NCBI GenBank assembly: GCA_963662545.2
Contig: CAXXLL010000003.1
Coordinates: 1,952,001 to 2,016,000, forward strand
Source: Gammaproteobacteria bacterium
GTDB lineage: Bacteria > Pseudomonadota > Gammaproteobacteria > Ga0077536
Direction: 5' to 3'
Length of the DNA: 64,000 nucleotides
The notes under the pieces are model-generated. The model was not told the origin of the DNA, ran no database searches, and saw nothing but the letters and a program-made list of their open reading frames with translations. The translations under genes and the position numbers were made by a program. This document shows positions 42,525 to 53,456 of this stretch, piece after piece (the stretch's first letter is position 1; each line of letters begins with the position of its first letter).

Positions 42525-43691
42525 TCAGCGGGTCAGGGTCTGGTTGACGAGTTCGACCCAGTAGCTCGCGCCGAGCGCGATGATGTCGTCATTGAAATCG
42601 AAATGCGGGCTGTGCAGCAGGCAGCCGCCTTCACCGGGGCCATTGCCGATGAACGCGTAACAGCCGGGCTTCGCTTCGAGCATGTAGCCGAAGTCCTCCG
42701 ATCCCGTCACCTGCTCGACGTTCGAATTGACATTGTCCTCGCCGACCACGGCTTGCGCCACGGCCGCCGCTATTTGCGTTTCCGTTTCAGAATTGACGGT
42801 CGGCGGAAAACGTTGCTCATGCCACCATTCGAGTCTGCAGCGATGCGCTTCACACACACCCTCAGCAATTTGCTTCATGCGATTCGCGATCATGGTGCGC
42901 ACCTCGGGGCTGAAACAGCGTACGGTTCCGCGCAATACGACCTCTTCGGGGATCACGTTAAGGGCAGTGCCGGCGTGAAACTGGGTGACAGACACGACCG
43001 CCGGGTCGATCGGTTTCACATTCCGGGAAACGATGGTCTGCCAGGCTTGCACTAGTTGCGAACCTACGAGGATGGGATCGGCGACCAGATGCGGCATCGC
43101 TGCGTGACCGCCAAGCCCTATGATTTTCGCTTCGAAAATATCCATTGCCGCCATCGCGGGTCCCGAGCGCATCGCTATCTTGCCGACCTCCAGACCCGGC
43201 CAGTTGTGTAGCGCATAGACGGCCTCCATTGGAAAATTCTCGAACAAGCCGTCGTCCATCATCGCCTTGGCGCCGGCCTCTCCTTCCTCGGCCGGTTGGA
43301 AGATGAAATGAACGATGCCGTCGAAGTCCTGATGTTTTGCGAGGTATTCCGCGGCAGCGAGCAGCACGGTGGTGTGACCGTCGTGCCCGCACGCGTGCAT
43401 GACCCCGTCGTGGCGCGAGCGGTGCGGGAAGGCGTTCATTTCCTGTAAGGGCAGGGCATCCATGTCCGCCCGCAAGCCGATACTGCGATCGCTCTTGCCG
43501 GATTTGATGGTGCCGACCACGCCGGTTTTGCCCAGACCCCGTACGATCGGAATCCCAAACGAGGCGAGCTTTTCTGCGACGAAATCTGCCGTGCGGTTCT
43601 CTTTGTAGGCGAGTTCCGGATGCGCGTGGATATCGCGGCGCCAGGAGGTGTGTTCGTCGGCCCGGGCGACGATCTCTTCAACCAGTTTCAT
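42525..43691 (-). CDS. M20D amidohydrolase (hippurate hydrolase-like)
   Basis: RADMDALP, MHACGHDGH, FQPAEE, HNWP, SEDF, LHSP. Confidence 0.92.
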   Translation of the reverse strand: MKLVEEIVARADEHTSWRRDIHAHPELAYKENRTADFVAEKLASFGIPIVRGLGKTGVVGTIKSGKSDRSIGLRADMDALPLQEMNAFPHRSRHDGVMHACGHDGHTTVLLAAAEYLAKHQDFDGIVHFIFQPAEEGEAGAKAMMDDGLFENFPMEAVYALHNWPGLEVGKIAMRSGPAMAAMDIFEAKIIGLGGHAAMPHLVADPILVGSQLVQAWQTIVSRNVKPIDPAVVSVTQFHAGTALNVIPEEVVLRGTVRCFSPEVRTMIANRMKQIAEGVCEAHRCRLEWWHEQRFPPTVNSETETQIAAAVAQAVVGEDNVNSNVEQVTGSEDFGYMLEAKPGCYAFIGNGPGEGGCLLHSPHFDFNDDIIALGASYWVELVNQTLTR

Positions 43692-43737
43692 GATCCAGGG
43701 TGCCTGGTTACACGAGTTTCGTCAGGCCGCCCGGCGT

Positions 43738-44673
43738 TCATTCAGCAAACTTCTGCTTGATGAATTCGCACTGCGCCGCGATCAGTTGCTGACCCTCGGG
43801 GACAAGCTTCGCCAGCAGCATGAAACCGTGAAAGACGCCGTTGAATCGCTGGTAGTCGACCTCGACGCCCGCAGCTTTGAGCTTTTCTGCATAGGCCTCG
43901 CCCTCGTCGCGCAGGGGATCGAATTCCGCAGTCGAGATTATAGCCGGCGGCAGCTTGCTGAGATCCTCGGCGTGCAGTGGCGAGAGCCTGGGGTCGCGCA
44001 CGTCCGTTCCCTTGGGGATGTAATGTTCCCAGAACCAGGTCATCTGCGGGCGGCCGAGCAGCGGGGCTGCGGCGTTTTCCTCGATGGACGGGCAAGACAT
44101 CGTGCCGTCCACCGCCGGATAGGTCAGGACCTGGAGCTGGAGTTCGGGACCACCCCGATCGCGGGCGAGCAGGGTTACGGCCGCCGCCAGATTTCCGCCC
44201 GCGCTGTCGCCGACCACGCCGATGCGCGAGCCATCTAGTCCAAGATCCGAAGCGTTGTTGGAGACCCAACAAAGCGCCGTATAACAATCTTCGACGGGTG
44301 CCGGAAAGGCGTATTCGGGGGCTTTGCGGTATTCCACGGCAAGCACCGCGCACTCGGCGCGGTTAGCTAGCGTGCGGCAGTAGCCGTCGTGGGTATCGAG
44401 GTTGAGGTAAACCCAGCCCCCGCCGTGAAAATGCACCATGACAGGCAGTGGTCCGCTCGTTGCGGGCGCGTAGAGTCGCGCCGGGATCTCACCCCCTTCG
44501 ACCGGGATACTGAGTTCTTCGACCCGCGCGCAGACTTCCTGGTCGTCGGGCTGGGTTTTGAACGCTTCGTTGAAATACGCTCGCGCTTCGGCGGCCGGCA
44601 TCGAATCGAGAGCTTTGAAGCCTTGCTCGGCGAGTGTCTCGAGCACGGCTTCGGATTCTGCGGATAAGGGCAT
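43738..44673 (-). CDS. Alpha/beta hydrolase, HSL-family esterase
   Basis: HGGG, GDSAGG, DPLRD, HGF. Confidence 0.92.
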   Translation of the reverse strand: MPLSAESEAVLETLAEQGFKALDSMPAAEARAYFNEAFKTQPDDQEVCARVEELSIPVEGGEIPARLYAPATSGPLPVMVHFHGGGWVYLNLDTHDGYCRTLANRAECAVLAVEYRKAPEYAFPAPVEDCYTALCWVSNNASDLGLDGSRIGVVGDSAGGNLAAAVTLLARDRGGPELQLQVLTYPAVDGTMSCPSIEENAAAPLLGRPQMTWFWEHYIPKGTDVRDPRLSPLHAEDLSKLPPAIISTAEFDPLRDEGEAYAEKLKAAGVEVDYQRFNGVFHGFMLLAKLVPEGQQLIAAQCEFIKQKFAE

Positions 44674-44760
44674 GGAGGATCTCCCGGATTTGAGTGGGTG
44701 ATTATAAGGGGGCAAAGTCGTTCAAACAAAGCACGCTTTAACTGAACGACTTCACTCTCT

Positions 44761-46494
44761 TCACTCGCGCCTGCTTGCGACCAGGGCGCGCAGCCGTTTG
44801 GCCACGGCTTGTCGTTGCGACCCTGCGGTTCGAAAATAATACCGTTCGAGGAAGTCAAGAATTTCCCGCGCATCTGCATAGCTTGTTTCTGCGATCTCTC
44901 GCTCAGCCTGGGCGAGTACATCTTCAATCGCGACGAAATCGACGTTTCTGTCATCGCGCAAGCGGTCCATGACCGCGTCGGAGTAAATCCAAATCTTCGC
45001 GCTCAAGTCGCGACCGAATCGGATAAGGTCGACGCGGCGGCGGCCGTCGGCGAGGAGCGGGGGCGTCTTTCTAAGAAAGATCATGTGGATCTCATGGCCA
45101 GTCAGCCAGGCCTCGTCGGCAGATTTTTCGTGGCCGACGAGGCCGCGTTCCGCAAGGGGCTGCTTGGCCAGCGAATACTGGGTGAGCCCGGTCATCTCGG
45201 CCAGGTAGGGCAAGGCGCTGTAGTACCCGAACACACACATGCCGCCCTGGAACATCGCGTTCAAGGGCGCGCCCCGGAGTGACGCGGATGCGATCGCACC
45301 GCGCTGCCGCCAGGTTTCGACATAATCCTCCGGATAGAACTCGCGTTCATTGGCAATACCGTTGATACGGTCGGCGTAATCGGGATAGATCTTCAACGGT
45401 AACGCAGCACCGAGTAGGCCGGCGAAGAAAACCGCGATGGCGATCCTGCGCCGTGGATCTGATACGAGTACGTCTTCGACGACGAGAAACAGAAATGGTA
45501 ACGCCGGGATCAGACGCCGCGCGTACATGAAATCTCCGCCGCTATGAATGACGTACAGTGTAAAACCGATGAAGGCGCTGCCGAAAATCACGCGGCTGCG
45601 GTCGGTCACCTTCATTCCTTTACGGGTGATGCTCCACGCCGCGAGAGCGGCCAGGGCGAGGACCGCCCAATTGCGTTTGAAGAAGAGATAGACGTAGAAC
45701 AAACCCTGGTCGTAATAGGGGTCCAGCGCCGACTTGGAATAGAACGCCGTCGGAAACAAGTCACCGTAATAGCTGAGCTTGAAAGCGACCAGGGCGGTGC
45801 CGATCAATAGGAGTGGGACTGCAATGCAGCCGAAATCCACCAGGCGATCGCTACGGGTCGTCCCCTCCCTGTTCGACCATGCGGCGAACACCGCAATCGC
45901 GGCGAATATGGCGCCATCCGGTCGCGTCATCGTCGCCAGGCCCAGCAGAACAGCGGCCGCGACCAAATGGCGGCGCGGCCGCTGACCTGCAGCGACGAGC
46001 AGCAATCCTGATGTCGAGAGCAGTGCGAAAAGGCTGGTTTCGAGTCCGCCCGTCGCCCACACCTGAAAGTCTTCGACTACCAGAACGAGTGCGGCGGCGA
46101 GCGGCAGGAAGCCAAGACCGGCATGCGATACGCGATGCCGGCTCCACGTGAACAGGGCACCGGCCAAGGCGAGCAAGCACCCGATGCCGAGGACCTGGGA
46201 AGCCACTTCGGGTGTAGCACCGGCTGCCATCGATGCCGCCATCAGAAGCGTCCATAACAGGTTGGTGTAGCCTTCCACGTATTCGCCGGCGTTGTAGACC
46301 AGTCCCAACCCGTCGACTAGATTTCGCGCGTAGCGGAAGGAAATGAAGCTGTCGTCGGCGAGCCACGCCAATTGTGCCGCGCGTGACGTGCAAACACCCG
46401 CGAACAGGATACAGGCGACGACAAGAAAGCGTTTACTGATGACTACGGGCGTGTCGAATTTTTGGGAGGAGTCAGAGTCATTCAGCGGAGGCAA
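44761..46494 (-). CDS. GT-C-type membrane glycosyltransferase (AftB-like arabinofuranosyltransferase family)
   Basis: DDSFISFRYARNL..G.GLVYN.GE.VEGYT, GLET, TRPDG, GGDFM..RR. Confidence 0.75.
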   Translation of the reverse strand: MPPLNDSDSSQKFDTPVVISKRFLVVACILFAGVCTSRAAQLAWLADDSFISFRYARNLVDGLGLVYNAGEYVEGYTNLLWTLLMAASMAAGATPEVASQVLGIGCLLALAGALFTWSRHRVSHAGLGFLPLAAALVLVVEDFQVWATGGLETSLFALLSTSGLLLVAAGQRPRRHLVAAAVLLGLATMTRPDGAIFAAIAVFAAWSNREGTTRSDRLVDFGCIAVPLLLIGTALVAFKLSYYGDLFPTAFYSKSALDPYYDQGLFYVYLFFKRNWAVLALAALAAWSITRKGMKVTDRSRVIFGSAFIGFTLYVIHSGGDFMYARRLIPALPFLFLVVEDVLVSDPRRRIAIAVFFAGLLGAALPLKIYPDYADRINGIANEREFYPEDYVETWRQRGAIASASLRGAPLNAMFQGGMCVFGYYSALPYLAEMTGLTQYSLAKQPLAERGLVGHEKSADEAWLTGHEIHMIFLRKTPPLLADGRRRVDLIRFGRDLSAKIWIYSDAVMDRLRDDRNVDFVAIEDVLAQAEREIAETSYADAREILDFLERYYFRTAGSQRQAVAKRLRALVASRRE

Positions 46495-46954
46495 GCTTCA
46501 GGGAACCTCTGAATAATTTTAATTCTTTTACTCTCGACCCCTGCACCCGCGAACCGTGCTCGAGCCGTTCCTCTACGTGGCGAACCGCATCGTCCCATTG
46601 CTGCCGTTCTATATCGAGTATCTCCGTCTCGAGCGCGTCCAGTTTGTCACAGTCGATAGGCGCCCTCGCCAGGACACGAAAGATTTCTGAGACGAGGTCG
46701 CTGCGCCGCTCTTCCATCGCATTCGTGTGCGGATTGTCGACTAATTTCAGCGTATAGCTTTCCCGATCGCTCGGCGACCAGTTTTCCTGCTCTGACAGTT
46801 GATTGAGTGCGACTTGCAGACGCTCCTCACCCGAATCGTCAATGGCTTGCAAGGCATCGAAGACTTTTCCAGGGCGGTCCACGGAGCAAAAGCTATCGGC
46901 GACCGACAGCAGCGGTAGCCCCACAATGACGATGAAGACAAACCATCGATGCAT
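46478..46954 (-). CDS. Secreted hypothetical protein
   Basis: Signal peptide, AAGGAG RBS, helical body; 3' end runs into repeat remnants. Confidence 0.6.
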   Translation of the reverse strand: MHRWFVFIVIVGLPLLSVADSFCSVDRPGKVFDALQAIDDSGEERLQVALNQLSEQENWSPSDRESYTLKLVDNPHTNAMEERRSDLVSEIFRVLARAPIDCDKLDALETEILDIERQQWDDAVRHVEERLEHGSRVQGSRVKELKLFRGSLKLASAE

Positions 46955-47058
46955 GCTTGAGCTCCTTTAAGGGGTACGCTGCAAGGGGTCAGAGTAATTC
47001 AGCTAATGCGCGTTTTAGCCGAATATTGCCGACCTCCTAGAGTTTATCGCGTTCGCAA

Positions 47059-47868
47059 TCAGGCGTCGAAAGCCTTGTCGATACGCTCGAATCTTCGCCG
47101 GATGAACTCACGTGATTCTTCGTGTGTCACGATATACAGCTTGTTGTTCTTGATCGCCTTGACGACTTTTGCGGCGACGCCTGCGACCGGCAGTACGCGG
47201 CCGCGCATTTTCTCGCGCTGGTCCGGCGGCACGTCGAGATCGCGCTCGGTGCCACCGAACTCGGCGGGCCGGTTGCGCGCGGAGTGATTGATGTTGGTGG
47301 CAACGACCATCGGACACAATACCGAAGCACCGATGTCGTGCTGTTTGACGTCTCGCACCAGGCATTCGGACAGGGCGACGACGCCGTATTTCGCGACGCA
47401 GTACACGCCGAGACCCTGGTTGGGGACGAGTCCGGCAAAAGACGCCGTGTTGACGATATGACCCCCCTGGTTTTGTTCGATCATGCGCGGGAGAAAGGTT
47501 TCGACGCCGTGAATGACGCCCCATAAATCGACTTTGATGACCCATTCCCAGTCCGCATGGGTCATCTCCTGAATGGGCCCGAACACGGCCACGCCTGCGT
47601 TATTGAACACGACGTGCGCCGCGCCAAAGTGTGAGAAGGTCTGATCGGCGAGGGCTTGTACGTCACCCAGTTCACCGACATCGGTTTTGACCCCGATCAC
47701 GTCCGCGCCGCGCTCGCTCAATTCGTGCGCGGCGTCGTCGAGCGCGCCCTGTTCGATGTCGGCCAGCACCAGCCGCATGCCCTCTGCGGCCAGCAAGCGC
47801 GCCGTTTCGAGTCCGATACCGCTGGCTCCGCCGGTGATAACAGCGACCTTTCCATTAAGTTCCTTCAT
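47059..47868 (-). CDS. SDR family oxidoreductase
   Basis: TGGASGIG, NNAG, YCVAK. Confidence 0.9.
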   Translation of the reverse strand: MKELNGKVAVITGGASGIGLETARLLAAEGMRLVLADIEQGALDDAAHELSERGADVIGVKTDVGELGDVQALADQTFSHFGAAHVVFNNAGVAVFGPIQEMTHADWEWVIKVDLWGVIHGVETFLPRMIEQNQGGHIVNTASFAGLVPNQGLGVYCVAKYGVVALSECLVRDVKQHDIGASVLCPMVVATNINHSARNRPAEFGGTERDLDVPPDQREKMRGRVLPVAGVAAKVVKAIKNNKLYIVTHEESREFIRRRFERIDKAFDA

Positions 47869-47876
47869 TTGATCCC

Positions 47877-48629
47877 CTAGTAATACCCAAACGCCGTCCA
47901 GCCGCCATCGATGACCATGGTTTCGCCGGTCATGTAGGCAGCATCGTCGCTTGCGACGTAGCATACGGCCTTGGCGATTTCCGCGCCCGTTCCGAGCCGC
48001 TTTTGCGGCGTGCGGCGTTCGAGATCTTCGATCGTCAGCTTGCCCTCCGCGGCCAGCTGATCGATCAGATCGGTCCGTACATAGCCCGGCACGACGCAAT
48101 TGACGCGTATACCATAACGCGCCCACTCGATGGCCATAACACGGGTCATGTGATCAACGGCGGCCTTGGACGTGCAATAGCCGAGCGTGGCGGGAAACGC
48201 GTTGCGCCCGAGTATCGATCCGATGTTGACGATGACGCCGCCATCGTGCGTTTTCATCTGTCGTGCGGCTGCCTGTGAGCACAGAAATACCGATTTGCAG
48301 TTAACGTCCATGTGCAGATCCCAGTTTTCCTCGCTCATCTCCAAGGTCAATTCCGGCCGCGAGATACCCGCGTTGTTCACGAGTATGTCGACCGGCCCGA
48401 GTTCGTTTTTGATATGCTGGAACGCCGCTGTAACTTCGGCGGCGATTTCTACACGGCAGCCCACGGCTATCGCGCGGCCGCCGTTTCCCTCGATCTCAGC
48501 CACCGTGCCGTTCGCATTCTCGGCACGGGTTGCAAGACAGGCCATCTGACCGCCGGCAGCGGCCAGTTCGAGCGCGATCGACCGTCCAAGACCGCGGCTG
48601 GCACCCGTTACGATGACGATTTTGTCCAT
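47877..48629 (-). CDS. SDR family oxidoreductase
   Basis: TGASRGLG, NNAG, YCTSK, IDGG. Confidence 0.9.
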   Translation of the reverse strand: MDKIVIVTGASRGLGRSIALELAAAGGQMACLATRAENANGTVAEIEGNGGRAIAVGCRVEIAAEVTAAFQHIKNELGPVDILVNNAGISRPELTLEMSEENWDLHMDVNCKSVFLCSQAAARQMKTHDGGVIVNIGSILGRNAFPATLGYCTSKAAVDHMTRVMAIEWARYGIRVNCVVPGYVRTDLIDQLAAEGKLTIEDLERRTPQKRLGTGAEIAKAVCYVASDDAAYMTGETMVIDGGWTAFGYY

Positions 48630-48651
48630 TATTCCGACATATACGCGCGGG

Positions 48652-49383
48652 TCAGTAGGTCCACACCTCGGTATACGGCCTGATTTCCATCTCATTGCTC
48701 CAGGCCGATTTCGGCTGCTGATGTGCCCACCAATAAGTTTCGGCAACGTCGTCGGTATTGGACGTTTCTTCGACCTTGAATTTGTCGCCCATGTATTCGC
48801 GAAGCATCGGAACGTCCAGCGCGCAGTCGAGCCGGAAGTGCACGATATGTACCCCTTTGTTCGAATAGGCCTTGGCCAGGCTCTGCGACAGTGCGCGCAG
48901 GCCGAACTTGCCGATGGCGTAGACTGGATTGGTGCCCGAGCCGCGCAAGGCCGCGGTCGCACTGGAAAAGAGAACGCTGCCGTGTCCTTTCTCAATCATG
49001 GCCGGCAACACCGACTTGGCGGCGGCAAAGGCGCCGATGACTTCCAGGCGAAAGATCTCTTCGAGCTCCGCGTAGCTCATCTCCAGCGGATCGCGCGGCG
49101 CGTAGCCACCGCGGGCGTTGTAGATCAGGACTTCGACTTCGCCCATGTCGGCAGCGATCTTCGCAAACGCCTCTTCGACGGTTTCGGGCTGGCCCGCATC
49201 CGCTGCGAAATATTGGACGTTTGCCGAGGAGTTTGCGGCGGCGGCGGCGCTCGCGGCGGCGCTGCTGCCCTTCTCCGAGCGTGATACGAGCGCGATATCA
49301 AAATTCTGACTCGCGAACTTGGCGGCCAGCGAGCGTCCGAGGCCTTCACCGGCGCCGACGATTGCGCATACTGCTTGGGTCAT
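48652..49383 (-). CDS. SDR family oxidoreductase
   Basis: GAGEGLG, YNA, YAIGKFGLRAL. Confidence 0.88.
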   Translation of the reverse strand: MTQAVCAIVGAGEGLGRSLAAKFASQNFDIALVSRSEKGSSAAASAAAAANSSANVQYFAADAGQPETVEEAFAKIAADMGEVEVLIYNARGGYAPRDPLEMSYAELEEIFRLEVIGAFAAAKSVLPAMIEKGHGSVLFSSATAALRGSGTNPVYAIGKFGLRALSQSLAKAYSNKGVHIVHFRLDCALDVPMLREYMGDKFKVEETSNTDDVAETYWWAHQQPKSAWSNEMEIRPYTEVWTY

Positions 49384-50696
49384 TGTTTTCCTCCGGGTGT
49401 TTGCGAATGAGTTGATGGTGCTCCCTCGAGTACGCCGGCCACGCCGGCTCGTCGTGCGAGGAAGATTGCAGTCACGAGTCCGATGATAGCGATGCCGGCG
49501 AGTAGCATGAAGTAGTGTTGGTGTCCGCCGAGCCCGGGAGTGGCGTCCAGCAGACGGCCGGCAATCGCCGCGAAAAAGATATCGGGTGTATAGCCGACCA
49601 GCGAAATCAGGCCGACTGCCGCACCCGTTAGGTGATCCGGCACGCGGGTTTCCTCGAGCAGCGCGAAGTAGACGCCGCGAAGAGCGAACACGCCACAAAA
49701 GGTAACGAACAGGTTGGCGTATACGACGGCAAGAAGCTGACCGTCCGGCAACAGCATGCTGAGCGCGCTGTAGCTGCCGGCGAGTACCGCGAAGAGTCCC
49801 AAGATCAGCCGCGACACACCGATCCGGTCGGCCATAAGCCCGGCGAGTACAGCGGCGACGGGGCGGATGTAGGCGCTGTTCGCGGTGAATCCCGCCGCTT
49901 CGGCTTCACTCATGTCGAGGATTTCGAAGGCATACAGTGCATAGTTGTCCAGGCCCTTGTAACCGCAGTACGCACAGACGACGATTGCGGCCTGAAGCCA
50001 GACGACGGGCAGTGCCAATACCTCGCGCAGGTCAGACAAGCCACGGATCCTCTTAGCGTCAGCTGCGCCCGACGAATCTGGCACGAACCACCACACGAGG
50101 GCCGCGGCGCCGAGGGTTGCGATGGAGTAAAAGCCGATTACGGCGCGAAGCGCCTCGCGTCGGTCGGCATCGGTAAGCTCAAAAGCAGCGCCCGGGAGAA
50201 ACTGGCTCAAGCACCAGACCGCGGCCGTTGCGAACATGGCGGCCACGAGTCCCCGGCCGCCGTCGAGGATCCCGAATGCACGGCCCTGGGCGAGCGCGCC
50301 GCCCCACTGCCGCGTGGCCCGGATCATGGCCGCCCAGAACAGGAGGATGGTCGTCACACCCCAATATCCGTACAGCAGCGACATCGCGGTGATGCCAGGC
50401 AAGCTCGTCATGTAAAAGCCGCCGGCAGCCGTCGCTATGAGCGAGGCGGTCATCAGCTTGCGTGCGGAAAAGCGGTCGGCGATGGCACCCCCGGGAAAAT
50501 ACGCCAGCATCGCCGTGATCCCGTACACCGCGAAGACGTCCCCCAGATTGGCGTTGCTGAAATCGAAGGTTTCCAACACCGTTGGCCGGAAGTAACGCGG
50601 CACGTGGAACGGCAGGCTGAAGATCATCTCGCCCGCCAGCACGAGCGCGAACATGACGAAGAATTTGGGACGGGTGTTGGCGGCCGGATCCGACAT
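49380..50696 (-). CDS. MFS transporter
   Basis: GGAIADRFSARK and AGLMADRIG motif A; about 12 TM helices. Confidence 0.88.
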   Translation of the reverse strand: MSDPAANTRPKFFVMFALVLAGEMIFSLPFHVPRYFRPTVLETFDFSNANLGDVFAVYGITAMLAYFPGGAIADRFSARKLMTASLIATAAGGFYMTSLPGITAMSLLYGYWGVTTILLFWAAMIRATRQWGGALAQGRAFGILDGGRGLVAAMFATAAVWCLSQFLPGAAFELTDADRREALRAVIGFYSIATLGAAALVWWFVPDSSGAADAKRIRGLSDLREVLALPVVWLQAAIVVCAYCGYKGLDNYALYAFEILDMSEAEAAGFTANSAYIRPVAAVLAGLMADRIGVSRLILGLFAVLAGSYSALSMLLPDGQLLAVVYANLFVTFCGVFALRGVYFALLEETRVPDHLTGAAVGLISLVGYTPDIFFAAIAGRLLDATPGLGGHQHYFMLLAGIAIIGLVTAIFLARRAGVAGVLEGAPSTHSQTPGGKQ

Positions 50697-50835
50697 GAGC
50701 GCGACAGTATACGCAAGCCCGCCCGCCGGCTTCACGCTCGTCCCCGAGAAACCAGCCGCTGAGCGGGAAATAACGTTTTGCTTAGCGCGGCGGTTCTCTA
50801 TACTGAGCGTACGCGGCGAACCTGGAGAACAAACC

Positions 50836-52467
50836 ATGCCAGAGTGGTATACAAAAAAGACCCTAGGATCACTGGCCGATACCATGGCCGAACGCTTTGG
50901 CGAGCGGGAGGCATTGGTATACAACGAGGAGCGCTACACCTTCAGTGAGGTGTTGGAACGCATCAATGAGGTGGCGAGGGGCCTGATTCAACTCGGCATA
51001 GAGCCCGGCGACCACGTCGCGCTATGGATGGTAAACCGGCCGGAATGGATCTTCGCCATGTATGCCCTTGCGAAGATCGGTGCCGTACAGGTGCCGGTCA
51101 ACACGCGTTTCCGCACCCATGATCTCGCCTACCTGCTGAAGCAGTCCGACGCGCGCTACCTCATCGTGCAGGACGTGTCCGGACCTGTGAACTACCTCGA
51201 AATGGTGCGGGAGGTGGTAAAGCTACCGGCTTCCGGAGTACGCGTGGAGGATGCTGATTATCCCGAAATGCGAACGATCGTGATGCTCGGAGCCGAACCG
51301 CATGCGGGCTCAGTCGATTGGCAGGCGATGCTGGACACCGCCGGCGGGGTCGACGACGAAACCCTTGACGCGCGGGCCGCAGCGGTCGACCCGGACGATC
51401 CCGTCTTTATCATGTACACCTCCGGAACCACCGGCTTTCCCAAGGGCGTCGTGCACAACCACATCATGCTGCGCCTGATCGAAGAGCGTGCATTCCGACT
51501 GGCGATGACCGAGCACGATACGATCCTGAATTATTTGCCCTTGTTCCATCTGTTTTCCTACTCCGAGGTCGCGCTGATGTCGATGCTTACCGGCGCGCGG
51601 CAGATACTCGTCGAGACTTTCAATCCCGATGAATGTATCAAGCTGGTCGAAAGCGAACGGGTGTCCGTCCTGCACGGTTTCGAGACGCATTTGAAGGATC
51701 TCATCGACGCGCAGGAGCGGCACCACTGCGACATTTCCAGCCTGCGCATGGGGCTATTCGCCGCCGGTATGCAGAGCGGCGTGCCGATTGTCCGCAAGGC
51801 GGTTGAAGCGCTCGCCCCGCTCGTCACGGTGACGGCCTACGGCATGAGCGAAATGGGCGCAGCGACCACCGTGGGGTCACTGGGTGATACGGTGGAGCAG
51901 CGCGCGGAGAGCTCGGGCTACCTCGCGCCCGGTTTTGAATTCAAGGTGGTCGATCCCGAAACCGGTGAGGAGCAGCCGGTCGGCGAGCCGGGGGAGATCG
52001 TGTTCCGGGGCTACGGCATGATGATGGGGTACTACAAAAAGCCCACCGAAACCGCCGAATGCTACGACGCTGACGGTTGGTTTCATACCGGCGACACCGG
52101 CGTCGTCCGCGCCGACGGATACCTTCGTTTTCTCGGCCGCTACAAGGACATGCTCAAGGTCGGCGGCGAAAACGTCGATCCGATGGAAGTGGAGGGCCTG
52201 CTGTTGACCGTGGCAGGCGTGCAGCAGGTCGCCGTGGTCGCCTACCCCGATCAACGCCTCACCGACGTGCCGATCGCCTATGTGCAGAAAGTCGAAGGCA
52301 GCGACCTTACCGAGGCCGATGTCATCGGCGCATGCAAAGGTAAGGTCGCGAGCTTCAAGATCCCGCGCCACGTCATTTTCATCGACGAATTTCCGATGAC
52401 CGCCTCCGGGAAGATCCGCAAAGTCGAGTTGCGGGAAGACGCTACGCAGCGTTTGGGGCGCAACTGA
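50836..52467 (+). CDS. AMP-binding acyl-CoA synthetase
   Basis: YTSGTTGFPKG, YGMSE, WFHTGD, GRYKD, SGKI. Confidence 0.92.
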   Translation: MPEWYTKKTLGSLADTMAERFGEREALVYNEERYTFSEVLERINEVARGLIQLGIEPGDHVALWMVNRPEWIFAMYALAKIGAVQVPVNTRFRTHDLAYLLKQSDARYLIVQDVSGPVNYLEMVREVVKLPASGVRVEDADYPEMRTIVMLGAEPHAGSVDWQAMLDTAGGVDDETLDARAAAVDPDDPVFIMYTSGTTGFPKGVVHNHIMLRLIEERAFRLAMTEHDTILNYLPLFHLFSYSEVALMSMLTGARQILVETFNPDECIKLVESERVSVLHGFETHLKDLIDAQERHHCDISSLRMGLFAAGMQSGVPIVRKAVEALAPLVTVTAYGMSEMGAATTVGSLGDTVEQRAESSGYLAPGFEFKVVDPETGEEQPVGEPGEIVFRGYGMMMGYYKKPTETAECYDADGWFHTGDTGVVRADGYLRFLGRYKDMLKVGGENVDPMEVEGLLLTVAGVQQVAVVAYPDQRLTDVPIAYVQKVEGSDLTEADVIGACKGKVASFKIPRHVIFIDEFPMTASGKIRKVELREDATQRLGRN

Positions 52468-52579
52468 GAGCGGCGGCAAGCGGGCTCCCGCAATCCGCAC
52501 TCAGAAAATCCGCGCTAGCCGTAGGCATGCGCCTGCCGCGAAAAGAACAAAAGGCCATTGGTAGCTTCTAGGAAACTTA

Positions 52580-53443
52580 ATGAGTCTTTCACTGAAAAAC
52601 TTGCACGCCCACTTCGTTGCTGAAGCCGGTCCCATCGACTTGCGGCAGGTCGCCGACGAGGACGCGCTGGCGGAGATCCGTAGCGCATTGGACGAGCATG
52701 CGGTGCTGGTGTTTCACGAGCAGCCGTTCAGCGCGCAGGAACAAATGGCATTCGCACAGCGGCTGGACGGTGAACTTCATACCAAGACCGGCATCAGCGC
52801 GCTCCAGAAGAATCGCTTCGGCACCGAAGCCATTGCCGATATTTCTAATGTCGACGAGAGCGGCGTGATCATCGCACCCGATGACCGCCGGCGGATTTAC
52901 AACCTGGCGAACCGACTGTGGCACACCGACGCTTCTTTCCAGGATCCTGGCGGTCGATATTCCATGCTTTCAGCGAAGCTCATACCGCCGGTTGCCGCCG
53001 ATATGGAATTCGCCGACATGCGCGCTGCTTACGATGCACTCGATGACGAGATGAAGGCGAGATTGGAAGGCTTGAGCGTCCACCATTCAATAGCCTATTC
53101 GCGCGAGATACTCGGTTTCGAGTTCTCAGAAGATGAAACCGCGGCACTCAAGGGCGCATGCCATCCGTTGATCCGCAGTTTGCCGCGCAGCGGCCGAAAG
53201 TCTCTTTACGTGGCTTCCCACGCGACGAAGATCATCGACTGGCCGGTTCCCGAGGGACGCTTGTTGTTGAGGGATCTAATTGAGCACGCCACCCAGCGCG
53301 AATTCGTTTACCGCCACGCATGGCAAGTGGACGATTTCGTGATCTGGGACAACCGGGCCACCATGCATCGAGGGCTCGCCTTTGACGACACGAAGTATCG
53401 TCGTGAACTGCGCCGGGTCACCACTCTCGACATCAACGCTTGA
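52580..53443 (+). CDS. TauD/TfdA Fe(II)/2-oxoglutarate dioxygenase
   Basis: WHTD, FADMRAAYDAL, WDNRATMHR. Confidence 0.92.
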   Translation: MSLSLKNLHAHFVAEAGPIDLRQVADEDALAEIRSALDEHAVLVFHEQPFSAQEQMAFAQRLDGELHTKTGISALQKNRFGTEAIADISNVDESGVIIAPDDRRRIYNLANRLWHTDASFQDPGGRYSMLSAKLIPPVAADMEFADMRAAYDALDDEMKARLEGLSVHHSIAYSREILGFEFSEDETAALKGACHPLIRSLPRSGRKSLYVASHATKIIDWPVPEGRLLLRDLIEHATQREFVYRHAWQVDDFVIWDNRATMHRGLAFDDTKYRRELRRVTTLDINA

Positions 53444-53456
53444 TAGAGTATCCCCA

